From Polyangiaceae bacterium (GTDB lineage Bacteria; Myxococcota_A; Polyangia; Polyangiales; Polyangiaceae), in NCBI GenBank assembly GCA_965222375.1, contig CBDCTZ010000008.1, positions 454,514 to 518,513 on the forward strand: a stretch of DNA of 64,000 bases. Direction: 5' to 3'. Positions 46,860-56,052 of the stretch are shown in pieces. Below the pieces are notes generated by a model. That model was not told the DNA's origin and did not search any database. It was given only the letters and a program-made list of their open reading frames with translations. The first letter of the stretch is position 1; every line of letters starts with the position of its first letter. Made by a program: the position numbers and the translations under genes.

Positions 46860-48644
46860 TCACGCCAATGACAGCCCGTACTGCCTAAGCCACGCGGACA
46901 CTACCACGCAGCGCCACAGGAGATCCACCGGCAGCAGCGGGGGCCTTGAGTCGAGCAAACCGCGCAACATCCTATCGTCCAGAATTGGCTCTAAGTTTCT
47001 AAAATCCAATGACTTTTCGTCGATTTTCGCCACGCTACGGCGGGCCCAGCCCTCAAAGGGCGCGTCGAAGTACGCCTTGGCGGTCCGCATGCGCACTCGG
47101 TCTGGCACAAGCCCGGACGCCGCCTCTCGGAGGATGGCGCGTGAATTGCCGCCACGTAGCTTCTGGTCGCTCGGCAGGGCAAGGCAGAACTCGATGACCC
47201 GACGGTCATAGAATGGATGGCGCGCAGCAACGCCATGCAGTGATTCAAGTGGAGCCATGACTTCCAGGTCGGCTGCGCGATCCCCGCGTTCCAGCCCAGC
47301 CAAGTGGTTTTCCCGCGCGGTCCAGGGGCGCTCATGCTGCTTTGCGAAGCGCGTGCGGGCGTCAAGTGTCCGCAACACGTCGGGGCGTAGCAATCGGGCA
47401 GCCGAACTCAGGTCGAACTCACGAGTTGCACGAGCGCGATCCACTGCTCGCACGACTTGCCGCGGCAGCTGACTCAGCACGAGCTTGGTCAGGGCTGCGC
47501 GCGTTCCCCTCCGGAAACCATCCGTGGCTGACGCCTCGCGCCAGAGTTTGGACATCTCCCGGTTTTCGGCCAGTTCCTGCAAGCGTCCGCGACCGTTGGA
47601 AACGACCCGATCTCCGTCGATCCCCGTGAAAATCATGTTGATTCCGCGTCGATTCGCTTCCGCCATGAGCGGCCAAGCCATCCAATGCCCGCCGATGGGT
47701 CCAGGCTGGCCATACAGCGCGAGGGCGGCGTCGATATCCAACCCGCCTCGCACGCTCTCCATCGGAACCCTGCAGTACTCCGCACCGAGGTGACCCACGA
47801 CCGCCTCTTGATAAGCCCGTTCGTCCCAAGGAACGCCATGGGGGAATCCTCCTGAGAACGCCACCGGCGGCGATGGCGCAACTTCCGCGACCAAGCTTGC
47901 GATCAGCGATGAATCCAAGCCGCCGCTGAGCATCACCCCCGAGGGGCCGGCCGCGACACGGCATGCCACGGCCTTTCGCAGCACCTCCAAGAAACCGTCA
48001 ACCTGGTCGGCGTCGCGGGGCGGACTACGAACTTCGCGCGGAAAGTAATGACGCTCCACGCGCGCTCGCCCGTCTTGCCACACGAGGCAATAGCCGGGCG
48101 GAAGCCTGCGCACCCCAACGAAAGCAGTCTCGAATTCGTTGGTCGGAAGCTCTGCAATGTAGTCTACCAACGCGGTGGTGTTCGACTGGAGACGAAGTGC
48201 CGGCGCACGTAGGAGCACTCGCAGGTCCGATGCCACCAGCAAGTGTCGGCCGATCTCGCAATAGTACGCTGGCACGCTGCCGCAGGGATCGCGCACGACT
48301 AGGAGCTTCGCCCGTACCTCGTCCCACAGGGCGAACGTGAAATCACCGAGCAAGTGGGCTGCAAAGCCGGGACCCCAGCGCGCATAGGCCAAGGCAATCA
48401 GTGCGGGCTCCCCGAGAGAGCGATCCGCGCCCATCTCCAGCGCGGAGAGTAGCGCTTCGCGCTCATCGAGCCGTCCGCAGCCGACAACCAAGCACCGTTG
48501 GCTCCCACCGCCGATCCAGTCCGCGTGCCGCGCCAGCGCGAGGCGACCGTGCACCTCCCAGCCGGCGGGGTTCGGGACGAGCGCGCTAATGCTGGCGGCC
48601 GACTGAAGTGGTTCGGCCGAGACGGCAAGCGCCAGCTCGCTCAT
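46860..48644 (-). CDS. Lasso cyclase (C protein, AsnB homologue)
   Basis: Start ATG 48644 overlaps the B2 stop; no Cys1; GDFTFALWD, RDPCG, MLSGGLDSS, TGIDGD, HPFYDRRVIEFCL, ILREA. Confidence 0.9.
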   Translation of the reverse strand: MSELALAVSAEPLQSAASISALVPNPAGWEVHGRLALARHADWIGGGSQRCLVVGCGRLDEREALLSALEMGADRSLGEPALIALAYARWGPGFAAHLLGDFTFALWDEVRAKLLVVRDPCGSVPAYYCEIGRHLLVASDLRVLLRAPALRLQSNTTALVDYIAELPTNEFETAFVGVRRLPPGYCLVWQDGRARVERHYFPREVRSPPRDADQVDGFLEVLRKAVACRVAAGPSGVMLSGGLDSSLIASLVAEVAPSPPVAFSGGFPHGVPWDERAYQEAVVGHLGAEYCRVPMESVRGGLDIDAALALYGQPGPIGGHWMAWPLMAEANRRGINMIFTGIDGDRVVSNGRGRLQELAENREMSKLWREASATDGFRRGTRAALTKLVLSQLPRQVVRAVDRARATREFDLSSAARLLRPDVLRTLDARTRFAKQHERPWTARENHLAGLERGDRAADLEVMAPLESLHGVAARHPFYDRRVIEFCLALPSDQKLRGGNSRAILREAASGLVPDRVRMRTAKAYFDAPFEGWARRSVAKIDEKSLDFRNLEPILDDRMLRGLLDSRPPLLPVDLLWRCVVVSAWLRQYGLSLA

Positions 48645-49072
48645 TCCGATCCCGGGAACACGACGTGCTGCCCCGCCTTCTCTGCCCCGAGCACAATCTG
48701 CCCTCCGGACTCCAGCCAGGCGTGAGCACCTATCGCACCATCGGCTCGACGAACGCCCAGCGCGACACGCGCCGACTGACGCCGGCGCGTAAGCATGACC
48801 CAGCCGGTCAACGCCTGCGCAAGGCACGTGGCATGTGGCAGATGACGCGCCACCCGCTCCACCGCGCGGCCAACCTGAGCGGCGCTTGGAGCCGCCTGGG
48901 CGCTATTTTCCTCGGCGTTTGCACGCCGCAGCGCCCGCCCGGTCCAGCGACTTGGAGCGACTCGGAGCCCGGCGGAGGTCGCTCCCAAGATGACTGCGGC
49001 CTCCCCGACCACCACCTTTTCGTCCAGCGGCAAACGTACAAATCGGCGCATCACCTGGAGCGCCCGGATCAC
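48641..49072 (-). CDS. Lasso leader peptidase (B2, transglutaminase-like)
   Basis: TCLAQAL (Cys), LGVRR, AHAWLE (His). Confidence 0.93.
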   Translation of the reverse strand: MIRALQVMRRFVRLPLDEKVVVGEAAVILGATSAGLRVAPSRWTGRALRRANAEENSAQAAPSAAQVGRAVERVARHLPHATCLAQALTGWVMLTRRRQSARVALGVRRADGAIGAHAWLESGGQIVLGAEKAGQHVVFPGSE

Positions 49073-49377
49073 TGCCCCTCCGAGCGTGGGGCCTCCACGA
49101 GCCCCCTGGCGCCAAGCTCATCCAAGAGCACCCGCACGTCGTCGGCGCAGGCTTCCGGGGTCACGTCAAACTCATCCACAACCGCTGCGACGAGATCCTG
49201 GAAGCCGCGCGGCTCCTGCAGCAACTCCCAGATCCGAGTGCCAACTTCGTTGAGCCCGTAGTAGGCACCGTCGTCCAGGTGAAGAATCACAACCTCTCCC
49301 GACACGGTACAGCTCACTTGCCTCCGGGTTGCAACGAAGGGACCCTCGTCCGCTGGGATGTCTTCCGGAGTGCTCAT
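49069..49377 (-). CDS. Lasso RRE (B1/E, PqqD family)
   Basis: GEVVILHL..GAYYGLNEVGTRIWELL...EFDV...DV..LL.EL.ARGLV. Confidence 0.93.
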   Translation of the reverse strand: MSTPEDIPADEGPFVATRRQVSCTVSGEVVILHLDDGAYYGLNEVGTRIWELLQEPRGFQDLVAAVVDEFDVTPEACADDVRVLLDELGARGLVEAPRSEGQ

Positions 49378-49842
49378 GGTGCGTCGACGCGCCAGTGATA
49401 ACACGGCCACCGGACCCGATCATCTGCCACCAAGTCTGCGCTTGGCCCGCCCTTCCGTCCGCAGGGCGTTCCCGGCGACTCCTGGGCGAAATGAGAACGC
49501 ACAGGTGAAGTTGGCAAGGGACCGCCAAACCACTCCGAGCGGCGCTTGGGGCCGGTACACGAAATAGCCAACCCAGCGTCCGTTTCGCGCGCCGCCCGCG
49601 CAGGGTGCCCACCTGCGTGTGTGTGCATGTGGGCCTGCCTGAAGGGTGGCGCGAAGTGCCCACAGCAACGGGGTTCCCGGGCCAAACCCGGCGCAAAATG
49701 AACGCCGAGGCCCTAACCTGCAACCAAGAGCCGCAGCGAGGACGGACACGCAACAAGTACGAAATGAGCGCGACTCCGCTTGGCTTTCAAGCATCGACAT
49801 CGTGAGCCGTTCAAGCTAGCATCAGGTTTTTGTTAGCAAGGT

Positions 49843-49868
49843 CAGTACTAACATCAGGACAGTACTAA
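49843..49868. promoter_or_regulatory. Direct repeat CAGTACTAA x2 before the RBS of the RCC1 lipoprotein gene
   Basis: Copies at 49843-49851 and 49860-49868, each containing the palindrome AGTACT, directly before GGGAGG. Confidence 0.35.
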
Positions 49869-49882
49869 GGGAGGCAGGGCGA

Positions 49883-51967
49883 ATGACGTCACCCACATAT
49901 GGGCGATTGGTATGGTTGTGGGTCTTACTGTTCGGAGCGTTGGCAGCCGGCTGCAGCGCGACGGCGGACTCCGAGGATGTCGACAGCCTCTCGCTGGCCA
50001 TCTGCAACGGGTCCACGGTGTCGGCTTCCCCCTCGGGTCCAGTGAATCCAGGGACAGCGGTCACCCTGACCGCAACAGCCGCCACTTGCGGCGCCGGTGA
50101 GACTGCCGAGTACCGGTTTCTTTACAAGAAGATTGGCGCCCCTGGTGGCTACACCGAAATCCAAGCCTACGGCCCGTCCCTGACCGCAAACTGGGATACC
50201 ACTGGCGTGGCGGCGGGACAGTACGACCTGCTACTTCTGACTCGCGCCGTTGGCAGCGGGGTGGGCGCCGAGGGCGCAGCGCATCGCAACTTCTTCATCA
50301 ACGATGTCTGCACGTCAGCAACGCTCAGCGCGCTTCCAGCGTCGCCTCAGCCCCCGGGCACCATGGTCGCGCTAACCGCCGGTGCTTCGTGTAATGGCGC
50401 TGCCACTCCTGAATTCCGATTCGTCTACCGGCTCACCACCAGCCCAACTTGGACGGAAATCCAGAGCTGGGGCGGCAGCACGCCGACCTGGAACACGACT
50501 GGTCTGGCGTCCGGCACCTATAACCTGCTCGTGTATGCGCGCGCGGCTGGCAATACCTCCAGTTGGGAAGCGGTGCGCTACCTCTCCTACCAGCTCGGTG
50601 GCAGTTGCTCTGCGCCAACGATCGCTACCAGCCCGCCAAGCCCCCAATTCCCTGGCACGGTTGTAACGATTACAGCTGGGTCAACCTGTGATGCTGGGCT
50701 CACCCCGGAGTATCGCTATTACTACATGCGCCCAGACCTCCCTAACTGGTTCTTGATTCAAGACTGGACGGCATCGACAACCGCGCCCTGGGACACCACT
50801 GGCTTGCCTGTCGGAGTGCAAACGGTGCGCCTGGACGTGCGTGCGGCGCAGAACGGTAGCGGCGCCGAGGGAGTCGCGTACCAGCAGTACACACTGTCGT
50901 CCGCAGGTGGGCTGTGGGACGCGATCAACGTCGGCATGAACTACACCACGTGTGGGGTGGTCAACGACGGGACCGCGCGCTGCTGGGGCTGGAACAGCGA
51001 TGGTCAGATCGGTGACGGGTCCAAGGTAGACAAATCCTCACCGGTTACCGTGTCGGGCCTCTCTTCGGTGAGCGCCGTCGCTCCTGGCGGTTGGCATACT
51101 TGCGGGCTCCGCACGGACGGCACAGCCCGTTGTTGGGGTCTCAACTCCGACGGTCAGCTTGGTACCGGTACTCAGACGGATAGCACGATCCCCGTGACCG
51201 TCTCCGGCGTCGCCAACGCCACGGCGATCGCGAGCGGGACCTACCACAGCTGCGCTCTCATCTCCGGTGGCACAGTGATGTGCTGGGGTGACAATCAATT
51301 CGGTCAAATCGGCAACGGCACGTTCACCGGCAACGTGCTGACGCCGATCACGGTTACGGGCGTCACGGGAGCCACCGCGATCGCCGCGGGCGGCTGGCAC
51401 ACGTGTGCACTCGTCGCGGGTGGCGCCATCAAGTGCTGGGGGCTCAACGACGTGGGCCAAATGGGCAACGGAACGACCACCACCGTCGAGCCGTCGCCGG
51501 TCAACGTCAACATTTCCGGCGCGACGTATATCAGCGCAGGCGACTCCCACAACTGCGCCCTGAAATCCGGTCAGCCGCAATGCTGGGGCCTGAACACGTA
51601 TGGGCAGCTCGGAAACGGCACCACCACAGACAGCAATGTACCGGTCAAGGTCTCGCTGACCCAGATGACCACGGTGTCTGCGGGCTTCGCCCACACTTGC
51701 TCGCGTCGCTACCCCGACGGCACGCTCCGCTGCTGGGGCGACAACAGCTTCGGTGAGCTGGGCGTCGTCGGCATTGGATCGAGCACGACGCCCGTAACGG
51801 TAACTGGCATCACGTCGGCAACCTCCGCGGTCGCTGCGGGCGGCGTGTACAGCTGTTCGCTTCAGAGCAACGGCTCCGCTAATTGCTGGGGCTACAACGG
51901 CTTCGGGCAATTGGGTAACGGGTCGACCACGGACGCCCCCCTCCCCATGCCCGTCAACAGCCCCTGA
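49883..51967 (+). CDS. Lipoprotein with three Ig-like (Y_Y_Y-type) domains and an RCC1-type beta-propeller
   Basis: LAAG-C lipobox; three E(Y/F)R(F/Y)xY...W(D/N)TTG units; seven CWGxNxxG(Q/E)xG repeats. Confidence 0.88.
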   Translation: MTSPTYGRLVWLWVLLFGALAAGCSATADSEDVDSLSLAICNGSTVSASPSGPVNPGTAVTLTATAATCGAGETAEYRFLYKKIGAPGGYTEIQAYGPSLTANWDTTGVAAGQYDLLLLTRAVGSGVGAEGAAHRNFFINDVCTSATLSALPASPQPPGTMVALTAGASCNGAATPEFRFVYRLTTSPTWTEIQSWGGSTPTWNTTGLASGTYNLLVYARAAGNTSSWEAVRYLSYQLGGSCSAPTIATSPPSPQFPGTVVTITAGSTCDAGLTPEYRYYYMRPDLPNWFLIQDWTASTTAPWDTTGLPVGVQTVRLDVRAAQNGSGAEGVAYQQYTLSSAGGLWDAINVGMNYTTCGVVNDGTARCWGWNSDGQIGDGSKVDKSSPVTVSGLSSVSAVAPGGWHTCGLRTDGTARCWGLNSDGQLGTGTQTDSTIPVTVSGVANATAIASGTYHSCALISGGTVMCWGDNQFGQIGNGTFTGNVLTPITVTGVTGATAIAAGGWHTCALVAGGAIKCWGLNDVGQMGNGTTTTVEPSPVNVNISGATYISAGDSHNCALKSGQPQCWGLNTYGQLGNGTTTDSNVPVKVSLTQMTTVSAGFAHTCSRRYPDGTLRCWGDNSFGELGVVGIGSSTTPVTVTGITSATSAVAAGGVYSCSLQSNGSANCWGYNGFGQLGNGSTTDAPLPMPVNSP

Positions 51968-51987
51968 GCCCGCATCCGTCCCAGCGG

Positions 51988-52008
51988 CGCAGCGGGAGAT
52001 CCGCTGCG
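51988..52008. terminator. GC hairpin between convergent genes
   Basis: CGCAGCGG-GAGAT-CCGCTGCG, 8-bp stem, no U tract. Confidence 0.3.
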
Positions 52009-52010
52009 GC

Positions 52011-53243
52011 TCAGCGAACAACGCGCGCGGCCAGTTTTGGCCGTGCGCGTTTCGCTGTTGAGCGCTGCGCGCGCCGCCAGGGCACCGACAACGCCGCCCC
52101 AATGAGGAGCGGGAGCATCTTGTTACGGTGTCGCAGAGCGGTACCGTAGTTCGAAACGCCAATGGCGAAGGTGACCGCCATGGAAGCGAACACCGCCAGC
52201 ACCAACACGGATTCGCGTCGCGTCGTAATTAGCCCGCGCTGCCGCCACAGGCGGAACACCAGGTAGAATATGAAGATCGAGTCGATCACGCCCAAAACAT
52301 CCGCGCCCGACCGGAGCATCCATGGGAATGGGGCAAACAAGAAGTACGTGAGACGCAGGGGCGTCTGTAGCACGACCTCAGCAGACGACTCCGGGTGCAA
52401 ATCCTCCAGGTAGGCAGTCCGACCCTTGGCGAAGGCTGTTTGGCTCTCGGCGAGGTTCTCGACGTCCCCCTCTTGGACACGCTTGAACTTGGTCATGCCG
52501 AAACCGGATGAAAAGACGAATGCGAGTGCAGCTGCTCCAGCGATCAAAGCCAGGCTGTTGCGGCCCAGGTTGCGGAAGCCCTGGGAGAACAACGAGCGCA
52601 CCCAAGAGCCAAGAAACCAGACGCCCATCGCCAGCATCACGGCGACGGCCCCGGAGTGGAACGCCATGCTCAACATCAACGAGGCCACAGCCACGACCAT
52701 CTGCCACCAGCGCCGCTCCCGATACCAGTAGGCCAGAAAGAGCACTCCGATGGACAGCGGGTACGCCACAGCGACTTCCCGAAGCAGAACCGCTGAGAAG
52801 TAGATGAGGCTGGGGAAGAACGCCGTGAGCCAGGCGGCTTGCCGCGCCAGCTTTGAGTCACGTCCAAGGAACGTCGCGAGGAGGCCTACGTTCAGAATGA
52901 TGAGTGTGCCAAACAGCACGTTTATGCCCTGCATCATCAATGAGCTGCGCTCGAACAGAGCGTAGAAAACGCTAACGACCCAGGTGTAGAGTTCGGCTCC
53001 GGTCCTGATGTACTCGAGCGTGCCAGCCACGCCCGCACGTGACTGGTAGAACCCGCGATAGTCGAACTGCATGCTGTCTGGATGGCCAGGAAGCACGAAT
53101 ATCGTTGCGTCGACGACCGCCATCAGCGCCCGGATCGCGAACCCCACGAGAAGAGGTCCCGCGAACCTCCGATAGCGCACAGAGACAACCAGAACCACAG
53201 CAGCCGCAAGCAGGAGCGACATCAGACCCAGGGTCGTGCTCAC
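52011..53243 (-). CDS. Polytopic membrane protein, Wzy polymerase candidate
   Basis: About 11 TM; FFPSLIYFSAVLLRE, FLFAPFPW, NYGTALRHR; located in a polysaccharide locus. Confidence 0.7.
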   Translation of the reverse strand: MSTTLGLMSLLLAAAVVLVVSVRYRRFAGPLLVGFAIRALMAVVDATIFVLPGHPDSMQFDYRGFYQSRAGVAGTLEYIRTGAELYTWVVSVFYALFERSSLMMQGINVLFGTLIILNVGLLATFLGRDSKLARQAAWLTAFFPSLIYFSAVLLREVAVAYPLSIGVLFLAYWYRERRWWQMVVAVASLMLSMAFHSGAVAVMLAMGVWFLGSWVRSLFSQGFRNLGRNSLALIAGAAALAFVFSSGFGMTKFKRVQEGDVENLAESQTAFAKGRTAYLEDLHPESSAEVVLQTPLRLTYFLFAPFPWMLRSGADVLGVIDSIFIFYLVFRLWRQRGLITTRRESVLVLAVFASMAVTFAIGVSNYGTALRHRNKMLPLLIGAALSVPWRRAQRSTAKRARPKLAARVVR

Positions 53244-53401
53244 GGGCGCACCCCCGGATGCTCCGGCTCAGTGCGAGCCATCGTTGCGTTCCCGTTCCGG
53301 TCCATGGTGCCTGGGCATACCCGATGCGTCGCGATCGGTCCAAGAGCTTTGGGTGCCCGCGCCCCCGCGGGCGTTCAGACGCACGAATGTAGCGGGGCGA
53401 A

Positions 53402-55954
53402 TCAGGGCGAAGCGGAGCGGGTCCGTGCTTCCGCTTTGGCGCGTGCTCGCGCGGCGCTCGTTTCCAGACCCGCTTTTCCAGCTGCATGGGCCACTTTGGC
53501 CCACGCGGCCGGCAGGTTGGTTTCATTGGCGGCCCGCTCGAACATTTCGGTCGCCGCCACGTACTCCCGACGGCGCATGTGGACCGCCCCGAGCCAGTTT
53601 GCAGCGGTTGCGCAGCCGCGGCTCGTGACGCAGGCGGCTTGCATGTATGCCTCAACGCCGTCGCTGGGAAGCTTCTCGGCCTGCGCGCGATCGGCGGCAA
53701 TGATTTGCCATCGCCAGCACTCCAACGCCCCGCCAAGGCGGGCGCAGCTATCCGCCAAGTACCGCTCCGCCTCGGTAGGACGGTCTGTTGCGATCAACAG
53801 ACGCGCCCTCGTCACCAAGACGCGACTGGCGCCGGGCTCGATGGCCTCGAGTTGCGCCAGCAGGGACTTCCCCCGCTTGATGCAGCTCTTACGCCGGCCA
53901 TCGCATCCCGTGCTCTTTCCTTCTAGCCCGCGCAACACGTCTTCCATCCTTCGGTAGCGGACTGCGGCGAAATCTGGGTCGCGGCCGATGCCGTCATCCA
54001 ACAACCTTGCTCGCGTGTCACGATCCTCGACGCGACGAGCGAGCGCGAGGAGCATGGGTGCGCCAGCTTTGCCTTTGGGCACGGACTGCAGCAGGTCCCT
54101 TCTCTCTTGGGTAATCGCTACAGCCAATTGTGCGCCACGGTCCGTGAGGCCGTACTCGCGTTCTACCGCCATTCGGATCCCCAGTAACGCTTGCGCACGG
54201 GCCCCACGGCGCGCAAGCACGCGTGCGAGAAGCAAGTGAGGGCGCCCACCGATGGGTTCCAACTCGATCGCGCGCGCAATCCAGGGCAGCGGATTCTTGC
54301 CGGCCTTGTCCGCAGCGATCGCGCCGACCAACATGAGGTAGGGGTCTGCGGGTCTTCGCTGCAATGCCATGGCGACCGCTCGCCCCAGCTCGGACACCCG
54401 CGTGGTATCTCCGGCCTCTACAGCGCCCAGCACTTGCGTCACGGCCTCTCGGTCTGAAACGGCAGTATGAGCGCCGCCAGCCACGGTCACGACGACTGGA
54501 ATGCCTCCGATGGCAGCAAGCGAGGCCAGCGATGCGATCTTGATCCCTTTGCGGCGACTGGCCTCGCTGAACGCCTGCTCGCCGGCGCGCGCGCCCCACA
54601 CCGCTCCGAGCACGGCAAAAGCTGCCACGCAAACGGACGTAATCTCGAGGGCGAGATCGAACATGTTGTGAATGACAAGGACGACCACGCCGAGCACGGC
54701 GCAAGCCGCGGGCAGGCTTGCGCGAGAGCGCTTGGCCACCGGCCAAAGCGAGGCAAGCAACGCAAGGCAGCCCATTATTGCTATCGGCAGCCCCCACTCC
54801 ACAGCCCACTGCGCGCCAACGTTCTCCGCATACTGATAGGCGTGGTATCCCGTATCTTGACGGTAACGTGGAAAGACCGACTCAAATGCCCCACGCCCGA
54901 CCCCCCACCAGGGGTGGTCCAATATCATAGGCTTCGTCCAGCTGATCAGGTCGAGCTTCTTCATGCTCTCCCCGCGGGCGGCCTGGAACACGCGATCGCT
55001 GACGGCGGAGTAGAAGAGGACTACCCCGGCCGCGATCGCCACCAGCGGCACGAACATGACCCACTGAAACGACCGGCCCCGCCGCGCGAAACCTAACAGG
55101 ATCGCGGCCAGGCACACGACGCCGATGGCCAGCGAGGCCCAACCACCGCGTGATGCACCGAGAGCACTCACTGCCACGACCAAGCTGACGCCCACCGCAC
55201 TCAACCAGCGCATCCGCTCCACGGCTCGGGCCATGAAGAGCCCGACGCCAACAAACGCACCCAGGTTGAGGTACCCCGCTAGATTGTTGGTGTTCAACAG
55301 CGGCGCAAGTGCGAAATTGGGGTGCGCCCACTTGGGTGTGTACAGGCCGTACAGCTTGGTGGCCCCCACGATCTTGTGTCCGAGCGTCAGTAGAGCAACC
55401 GCCATCGCGGCAGCAAACACGATCCCGAGCACCACCGTCGCGCCCTGGCGCCTACCGACAAAAGCGGCAATGCTGAAGACACCCGCGTACAGCGCCCACT
55501 TAGCCGCTTCCACCCAGCTCGCACCTGGATCTAGGGATAACGAGGGCACGACGCTCGTGCCCAAGACGTCCGAAGCGCGCTGCCAGACGTCGGCGTTCTG
55601 CGGAGCAAAGAAGCCCACCAAGCCCATGGGCAGAGGCAGCGCCTGAACAATCGTGTAAGCGGCAAGGGCCAGAAGCACCCACGCCGGGGCCGGCAGAGAG
55701 CCACGCTTCCACGCCACGAAACTGGACAACCCGAGACCTATGGCCGCTGCGGGTAGTACCGCCCAAAGGTGCACACTGCCTATGGCGAGAACAGTGCCCA
55801 ACACCAGAACCGCAAGACCGACCGCCACAGCGGCAGACACTCGGGTCCATGCGCCCGACTGCCTCCTCGGCGCGTCCCTGCGTCTCCGACGACGGGCACG
55901 GCTGCGTGCAGGCGGTCCAAGTTCGGAACGCGCGCCGGAGTCTGCATCCGCCAT
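53402..55954 (-). CDS. O-antigen ligase family protein with C-terminal TPR region
   Basis: SLSLDP, NTNNLAGYL, ASRGG, PWWGVGRGAF, AEN..QWAVEWG, HNMFD; helical TPR-like tail. Confidence 0.85.
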   Translation of the reverse strand: MADADSGARSELGPPARSRARRRRRRDAPRRQSGAWTRVSAAVAVGLAVLVLGTVLAIGSVHLWAVLPAAAIGLGLSSFVAWKRGSLPAPAWVLLALAAYTIVQALPLPMGLVGFFAPQNADVWQRASDVLGTSVVPSLSLDPGASWVEAAKWALYAGVFSIAAFVGRRQGATVVLGIVFAAAMAVALLTLGHKIVGATKLYGLYTPKWAHPNFALAPLLNTNNLAGYLNLGAFVGVGLFMARAVERMRWLSAVGVSLVVAVSALGASRGGWASLAIGVVCLAAILLGFARRGRSFQWVMFVPLVAIAAGVVLFYSAVSDRVFQAARGESMKKLDLISWTKPMILDHPWWGVGRGAFESVFPRYRQDTGYHAYQYAENVGAQWAVEWGLPIAIMGCLALLASLWPVAKRSRASLPAACAVLGVVVLVIHNMFDLALEITSVCVAAFAVLGAVWGARAGEQAFSEASRRKGIKIASLASLAAIGGIPVVVTVAGGAHTAVSDREAVTQVLGAVEAGDTTRVSELGRAVAMALQRRPADPYLMLVGAIAADKAGKNPLPWIARAIELEPIGGRPHLLLARVLARRGARAQALLGIRMAVEREYGLTDRGAQLAVAITQERRDLLQSVPKGKAGAPMLLALARRVEDRDTRARLLDDGIGRDPDFAAVRYRRMEDVLRGLEGKSTGCDGRRKSCIKRGKSLLAQLEAIEPGASRVLVTRARLLIATDRPTEAERYLADSCARLGGALECWRWQIIAADRAQAEKLPSDGVEAYMQAACVTSRGCATAANWLGAVHMRRREYVAATEMFERAANETNLPAAWAKVAHAAGKAGLETSAARARAKAEARTRSASP

Positions 55955-56052
55955 CCACCGACGATAGTCGGTCACTGCGACCGCTGGCAACCGGCCTTGT
56001 TGCCATCATGCAATCGTGCGAATAGTGCGGTGCTTCTCACAATCGCGACGCC

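Noticed and set aside
46860..48644. Housekeeping asparagine synthetase B
   Set aside because: It lacks the N-terminal catalytic Cys and is coupled to B1/B2 and a lasso precursor, so it is a cyclase.
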